From an uncultured delta proteobacterium (GTDB lineage Bacteria; Myxococcota; Myxococcia; SLRQ01): DNA of 64,000 bases. Below the pieces are notes generated by a model. The model worked only from the letters and a program-made list of their open reading frames with translations, ran no database searches and had not been told where the DNA came from. Location: contig CAVSGM010000003.1 in assembly GCA_963727485.1 (NCBI GenBank), positions 512,001-576,000 on the forward strand, read 5' to 3'. The position numbers and the translations under genes were made by a program. Positions 58,766 through 64,000 of the stretch are shown in pieces (the stretch's first letter is position 1; every line of letters starts with the position of its first letter).

Positions 58766-59362
58766 ATGGTCGTCGGCATCACCCGCGTCAGCCTGGCCCT
58801 CCCGGGCAACGACTCCCTGAAGGGCAAGCGCTCGGTGGTGAAGAAGCTCCTGGAGCGGGTGCGCTCGCGGTTCCACATCTCCGCTGCCGAGGTCGACGCC
58901 CAGGACAGCCTCCAGCGGGCGGTCCTCGGGTTTGCCACCGTGGGCAGCGATGGCCGCAAGGTCGCCACCGTCCTCGAGCGCATGGTCGACTTCATCGACG
59001 ACGCAGGGTTGGCCCAGGTGGTGGCGGTGGAGCAGGAGACCGTGAACTACGGCGACGACGCCCTCGGCGAGGATGTGTGGGGGAGCTACGCGGAGAAGTT
59101 CGGCGCCGACGAGACCTGGCCCCCGGCGGGGGTGATGCCGGCGCTGGACGCCGGGCCCGCCGGGGACGCCGACGCCCGTGACGCCACTGACGCCGACGCC
59201 ATCGCCACCGACGCCGGGGAGCTCGCCGACGCCCGGGACGGCGCCGGGTCCGGGCACCGGGTGCGCATCCGCCCGGGGAGCCTGGGCTTCGGCTCCCGGA
59301 AGGCCGTGGACATCCCCGCTCCCGGGGACGCGGCCACCGACGAGGACGAGGAGGATTCGTGA
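58766..59362 (+). CDS. DUF503 (YlxP) family protein with long acidic C-terminal extension
   Basis: MVVG...SLKGKRSVV...SAAEVDAQD; position between infB and rbfA. Confidence 0.8.
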   Translation: MVVGITRVSLALPGNDSLKGKRSVVKKLLERVRSRFHISAAEVDAQDSLQRAVLGFATVGSDGRKVATVLERMVDFIDDAGLAQVVAVEQETVNYGDDALGEDVWGSYAEKFGADETWPPAGVMPALDAGPAGDADARDATDADAIATDAGELADARDGAGSGHRVRIRPGSLGFGSRKAVDIPAPGDAATDEDEEDS

Positions 59363-59820
59363 GCCACCGTACCGCCATGCTGGGTCACGTGATCCAGAGG
59401 AGATCACCACCCTCATCCAGCGGGGGAAGCTCAAGGACCCGCGGGTCCACGAGCTGACCACCATCACCGGGGTCGACGTCACCGGCAATCTCTCCCTGGC
59501 CCGGGTCTACTTCACCGTCCTCGGCGACCAGGCGGCCATCGAGGAGACGGGCCGGGGGCTCCAGGCCGCCAGCGGCTTCCTCCACCGGCACCTGGGCAAG
59601 GTCCTCACCGTGCGCCAGGTCCCGACCCTGGAGTTCCGCTACGACCCCTCGGTGGCCCAGGGGGAATCGGATCGAGCGGCTGCTGGCGGGCCTGCCGGAG
59701 CTGCATGAGGACGCCGCGGGAGATGCGGGGGACGACGCCGAGGCCGAGGCCGACGCCGGTGCCGAGGCCGATGTCGAGGCCGAGGACGAGGACGATCCTG
59801 AGGGATCCGCCCAGCGGTAG
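59359..59820 (+). CDS. rbfA: Ribosome-binding factor A; frameshifted
   Basis: GTGA overlap; KDPR..TITGVDVTGNLSLARVY..ASGFL..VPTLEFRYDPS; acidic tail to TAG 59820. Confidence 0.88.
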
Positions 59821-60165
59821 ACGTCCGGGACCGGCCGGCGACGTGCCGGGCGGTGGTGGGGGCGTTCGGGAGGGGTCCGGCGTGCCCGTTTAATCCGGCG
59901 TCGGGGAAGCCCGCACCCGCCCTTGGGCACCGCGCCACACGGCGCCTGAACCCTTCAGGCGAGGACCCGCCGCGAGCCGGCTCCCCGCGTCCGCATGGGT
60001 GATCTCCCCACTCGCCGCCCCTGGAAGAGCTTGCGCGCGGGGCCGGATCCCCCCTTTCCCCAAGGTCTTGGGGTGCCCACATTCCCGATCCGCGGTCCGA
60101 ATCCTTCACATCCGGGGCCGCGGAAGGATAATCTGGCCTTTCCCCACCCTGGCTCGGGAGGGCAC

Positions 60166-61134
60166 ATGCTTGAGCGGGTCGCGGACCTGGTCCGCGAAGG
60201 ACGGCGATTTCTGGTGACGATGCATCGGCGCCCCGACGGGGACGCCCTGGGGTCCAGCCTCGCGCTGGCCTGCGCCCTGCGAGAGATGGGCAAGGACGTG
60301 GTCCACTACAACCCGGACCCGGTGCCCTACAACCTGCGCTTCCTCCCGGGCGCCGATCGCATCGTCGACACCGTCGAGGGTGATTTCGACGCCACGCTGG
60401 TGTGCGACACCCCTCGCCTCGAGCGCCTCGGCGACGCCCTCCCGGGGGCCCCGGCGCGGGGCGTGCTGGTGAGCCTCGACCACCACGGCGGCGAGCCCTT
60501 CGGCGACGTGAACCTGGTGGACACCGGGGCGGCGGCGGTGGGGGTCCTGGTGTGGCGGCTCCTCGGGACCCTCGGGCACCCGGTGAGCCGGGAGGTGGCC
60601 CACGGCCTCTACGCCTCGATCCTCACCGACACCGGCTCGTTCCGCTACGACTCCACCGACCCCGAGTCGCTGACGATCACCGGCGAGCTCATCGCCGCCG
60701 GGGTCCGTCCCTGGGAGATCGCCTCCCGGATCTACGAGTCCCAGCCCGCGGCCCGGGTGCGTCTGCTGGCGCGGGTGCTGGCCACCCTCGACGTCACCCT
60801 CGCCGGCCGCTACGCCACCCTGGTGGTCACCCGCGAGATGCTCGACGCCTGCGGGGCCACCGAGGAGATGCTCGACGGCTTCGTGAACCACGCCCGGGGC
60901 GTGGATGGGGTGGAGGTCGCGGGTCTGTTCGTGGAGCTCCCGGACGGCGCCTGGAAGGGCTCGTTCCGCAGCCGCGGCAACGTCGACCTCCGGGCGCTGG
61001 GCAGCGGCCTCGGGGGCAACGGCAAGCACAACGCCGCCAGCGCCGTCTTGACCGGCGACGAAGCAGCGGTTAAGGACCGGGCGGCGCGCGCCGTGGCCTC
61101 ACTCTTCGGCGTCGCCGACACCGCCGTGGCCTGA
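60166..61134 (+). CDS. nrnA: DHH/DHHA1 phosphoesterase (nanoRNase/pAp phosphatase)
   Basis: HRRPDGDALGS, DHH, TDTGSF, SFRS; SD GGAGG before ATG 60166. Confidence 0.88.
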   Translation: MLERVADLVREGRRFLVTMHRRPDGDALGSSLALACALREMGKDVVHYNPDPVPYNLRFLPGADRIVDTVEGDFDATLVCDTPRLERLGDALPGAPARGVLVSLDHHGGEPFGDVNLVDTGAAAVGVLVWRLLGTLGHPVSREVAHGLYASILTDTGSFRYDSTDPESLTITGELIAAGVRPWEIASRIYESQPAARVRLLARVLATLDVTLAGRYATLVVTREMLDACGATEEMLDGFVNHARGVDGVEVAGLFVELPDGAWKGSFRSRGNVDLRALGSGLGGNGKHNAASAVLTGDEAAVKDRAARAVASLFGVADTAVA

Positions 61135-61197
61135 CCGCCACTGACCACCCTCTTCGCCCACGCGGGTCCGAGCCCCGCGCGGCTTCGCGAGATCGCC

Positions 61198-62151
61198 ATG
61201 AGCACCGTGTCCTCGGGGAAGGCGCCCCGCCCCCCGGATCCCGCCGGGATCCTCGTCGTCAACAAGCCCAGTGGCCCCACCTCCCACGACGTGGTCGCGT
61301 CCATCCGCCGCCACCTCCGGGTCAAGCGGGTCGGCCACACCGGCACCCTGGATCCCCTCGCCGAGGGCGTGCTGGTGGTGTGCCTCGGCGAGGCGACCAA
61401 GCTCGCCGGCTACCTCACCCACGCCGAGAAGGACTACGAGACCACCGTCCGTCTCGGCGAGAGCACCGACACCCACGACGCCACCGGCCAGGTCCTCGAG
61501 TCGCGGCCGGTGGAGGTCACCCGGGAGCAGGTGGAGGCGGCCCTCGAGGGCTTCCGCGGGCAGATCACCCAGATCCCGCCCATGTACTCGGCCCTGAAGA
61601 AGGACGGGCAGCGCCTCTACAAGCTGGCGCGCAAGGGTGAGGTGGTGGAGCGCGATCCCCGCATCGTCCAGGTCCACCGCCTGGACCTCACCCGCTTCGA
61701 GACCCCCGAGCTCGATCTCTCGGTGACCTGCGGCAAGGGCACCTACGTGCGCACGCTGGCCCACGACATCGGGGAGGTGCTCGGCTGCGGGGCGCACCTC
61801 AAGAGCCTCACCCGGACCCGGGTGGGCCTCTTCGGCCTCGACGAGGCGATCTCCCTCGAGGACGTCCGCGCGGTGAGGGACGCCGAGGCCAAGGAGACGC
61901 TCCTCACCCACCTGGTGCCCATGTCCGAAGCCATGCGCGATCACCCGGCCCTGCGCCTCGACCGCCGGGCGATCCGCGGCGTGGTCCAGGGGCGGGCCCT
62001 CAAGCCCGGCGAGGTGGCGAGCGCCGGCGGCGGGGGCCTGCGCCCCGGCCAGCTCACCCGGCTCCTCGACGAGGAGGGGCAGCTGGTGGCCCTCGGCGAG
62101 GTGAAGAGCCACGGGCTCCAGCCAATCCGCGTCTTCCGCCACAACCCCTGA
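61198..62151 (+). CDS. truB: tRNA pseudouridine(55) synthase
   Basis: [37 protein letters not shown]. Confidence 0.96.
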   Translation: MSTVSSGKAPRPPDPAGILVVNKPSGPTSHDVVASIRRHLRVKRVGHTGTLDPLAEGVLVVCLGEATKLAGYLTHAEKDYETTVRLGESTDTHDATGQVLESRPVEVTREQVEAALEGFRGQITQIPPMYSALKKDGQRLYKLARKGEVVERDPRIVQVHRLDLTRFETPELDLSVTCGKGTYVRTLAHDIGEVLGCGAHLKSLTRTRVGLFGLDEAISLEDVRAVRDAEAKETLLTHLVPMSEAMRDHPALRLDRRAIRGVVQGRALKPGEVASAGGGGLRPGQLTRLLDEEGQLVALGEVKSHGLQPIRVFRHNP

Positions 62152-62167
62152 GGGAGGTCGGGCGCGG

Positions 62168-63572
62168 GTGATCTCCATCTGTGAGACGACCCGGTGGGTG
62201 GACGGCGAGCTCGCGGCGATCAGCCGTGAGCTGAAGATGCTCTACTACCTGAACCCGGTGAACTCCGACGACCAGCGCGCCCGGTTCTTCGCCAAGAAGG
62301 GGAGCTGGCAGCCGCGCTTCCGCTACAAGCGCCTGGACTTCGACCGGGACCTGGTGCGCCGGAATCTCTACGAGCTGCCGATCGAGGGCATCGCCGATCC
62401 GCTCCTCCAGGACCTCTACCGGAAGAAGCGCTGGGAGATCGACAACCAGCTCTCGCTCCTCGACGAGCGCGGCAGCGACAACCTCACCCTCACCAGCGAG
62501 AAGCTCTACGGCGGCGTCGACGCCCAGGCCGTCCGCGACGCCCACGAGATCCTGGAGATGGATCCGGAGCCCGAGACCCGGACCGTCTCCGCCGAGCGGG
62601 TCAAGCGGATGCTGGAGCAGGTGGTGGCCAGCTACAGCCGCAAGGCCGGCGAGCCCTTCGACTGCAAGGTGCGCCTCCGCCGCCACCTCTCGAGCAACGC
62701 CGCCGCCGGTGAGCGCTCGGTGGCCCTCAAGACCCAGAGTCGCTACAGCCTCAACGACGCGCGGATCTACGGGGTCCACGAGGTGGGCTGGCACGTGCTC
62801 ACCGCCAACAACGGCGGCCGGCAGCCCCTCCAGATCTTCGCCATCGGGCTCCCGGGCTTCCTCGGCGCCCAGGAGGGCGCGGCGATCTTCGCCGAGTACA
62901 TGGCCGGGGCCCTGACCGTGAACCGCCTGCGGATCATCGCCGGGCGGACGCTGGCGGTGTCCCTGGCGCTGGAGGGCTGGCCCTTCTCCGAGACCTACGA
63001 CTACCTGATGCGCATGCCCCACGGCTTCCACCGGCTGGACGCGTTCACCATCTGCGAGCGCGCCTACCGGGGCGGCGCCGCGGACCGCAGCGGCCGGTGG
63101 CACGGGGTCTACACCAAGGACGCCATCTACCAGCGCGACTTCGTCCGGGTGTTCACCTGGTGGCGCTCGGGCCTCGACCTCTCGGTGCTCTCGGCGGGGA
63201 AGATGGACCTGGAGCACGTGGGCTGGGTGGGGCAGGCCATCGCCGAGGGGGATCTGTTGCCCCCGGCGTTCCTCCCGGCCTTCGTCGCCGACGTGGACAA
63301 CCTCAAGCTGCGGCAGATCGTGTTCTCCCTGCTCACCCGTCGCCCCTCCCCCGACGCGCCCGACGCGGCGGCCGCCTGGCCCCCGCCGCCGCCGGCGATG
63401 GTCACCCCCGCGCCCGGGCCGATCCCGCCGGCGCCGCCGCGGACGCCGACCTCGCCGCCCCAGAAGAAGCGGACGAAGAAGGCACCTGCCGCCGGGAAGG
63501 CGAAGGCGTCCTCCGCCGCCCGGGAAGGCGAAGCGGGCAGGGAAGCACAAGCCCGGCGGAGGCCGGGGCTGA
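62168..63572 (+). CDS. DUF1704 / QEGLA-motif / MATCAP-like HExxxH metallo-carboxypeptidase; probable frameshift near 63510
   Basis: Absent from the ORF track because its frame runs off the window. SD GGAGG, GTG 62168; [14 protein letters not shown] (62777-62803), QEGAA, YTKDAIY; TGATG overlap with dtd. Confidence 0.8.
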
Positions 63573-64000
63573 TGCGCCTGGTGGTCCAACGGGTCACCGA
63601 GGCCCGGGTCACCGTGGGCGACGAGGAGACCGGCGCCATCGGCGAGGGCCTGCTGGTCCTCCTCGGCGTCGGTCGGGACGACGGCGACAGCCGAGGTCAC
63701 CTGGGCGGCGGACAAGATCGCCGGCCTGCGGATCTTCGAGGACGACGCCGGGAAGATGAACCGCTCGGTCACCGACACCGGCGGGGCGGTGCTGGTGGTC
63801 AGCCAGTTCACCCTCTATGGCGACGTGCGCAAGGGCCGGCGGCCCTCGTTCGTCGCCGCCGGCGACCCCGCCGAGGCCGACGCCCGGTACCAGCAGGTCT
63901 GCGCCGGCCTCCGGGCCCGGGGCCTGACCGTCGCCACCGGGCGCTTCCAGGCCCACATGGCCGTCGCCAGCGTCAACGACGGCCCGGTGACCATCCTCCT
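63572..64000 (+). CDS. dtd: D-aminoacyl-tRNA deacylase (partial, frameshift near 63690)
   Basis: [47 protein letters not shown]. Confidence 0.92.
   Translation, partial: MRLVVQRVTEARVTVGDEETGAIGEGLLVLLGVGRDDGDSRGHLGGGQDRRPADLRGRRREDEPLGHRHRRGGAGGQPVHPLWRRAQGPAALVRRRRRPRRGRRPVPAGLRRPPGPGPDRRHRALPGPHGRRQRQRRPGDHPP

Noticed and set aside
59853..60113. Minus-strand tmRNA-like ends (GGATGTGAAGGATTCGG ... CCCCCACCA) and a TPP-like TAATCCGGCG fragment
   Set aside because: No pairing acceptor stem or T-loop, too short for tmRNA, and the CTGAGA/ACCTGA core of a TPP riboswitch is absent.
62168..64000. In-frame DUF1704-Dtd fusion as assembled
   Set aside because: A TGATG stop-start overlap at 63570-63574 and a plausible alternative-frame tail ([16 protein letters not shown]) indicate two genes and an indel; not fully excluded without reads.

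Overview
Very GC-rich bacterial chromosome segment, most likely Myxococcota. This is inferred from the rep-like helicase-rplM-rpsI-pilT-kinase neighbourhood, NusA with extra C-terminal HhH domains, a TSP3-OmpA protein and Tad-like prepilins. Many genes, mostly between ~33.5 and ~51 kb, carry single-base indels that look like long-read assembly errors, so several ORF-track entries are split, falsely fused or shadow ORFs. Contents from start to end: GMC oxidoreductase pair, AcuI, dienelactone hydrolase, POT transporter and a YbhGFSR-like ABC exporter; an orphan six-gene Tad-like minor-pilin cassette with a secreted CX3C-hairpin peptide (13.6-18.3 kb; best candidate for an interesting system); TrxC, a lipase-like lipoprotein and a collapsed IS1182 remnant; beta-oxidation genes followed by a metallopeptidase and outer-membrane proteins; a Cys-periodic protein, UvrD/Rep helicase, rplM-rpsI, a PilT paralogue and a Ser/Thr kinase; HEAT/DUF1460, DUF4398-OmpA-GAF, NUDIX-MBL, mutY, a SufS-like enzyme, ppc and a nitrilase; and the rimP-nusA-ylxR-infB-ylxP-rbfA-nrnA-truB region, followed by a DUF1704/MATCAP-like HExxxH metalloprotease (missing from the ORF track) and dtd. 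Many start codons have a TAnnnT box only 6-9 nt upstream, suggesting frequent leaderless mRNAs. No rRNA, tRNA or CRISPR array was found.
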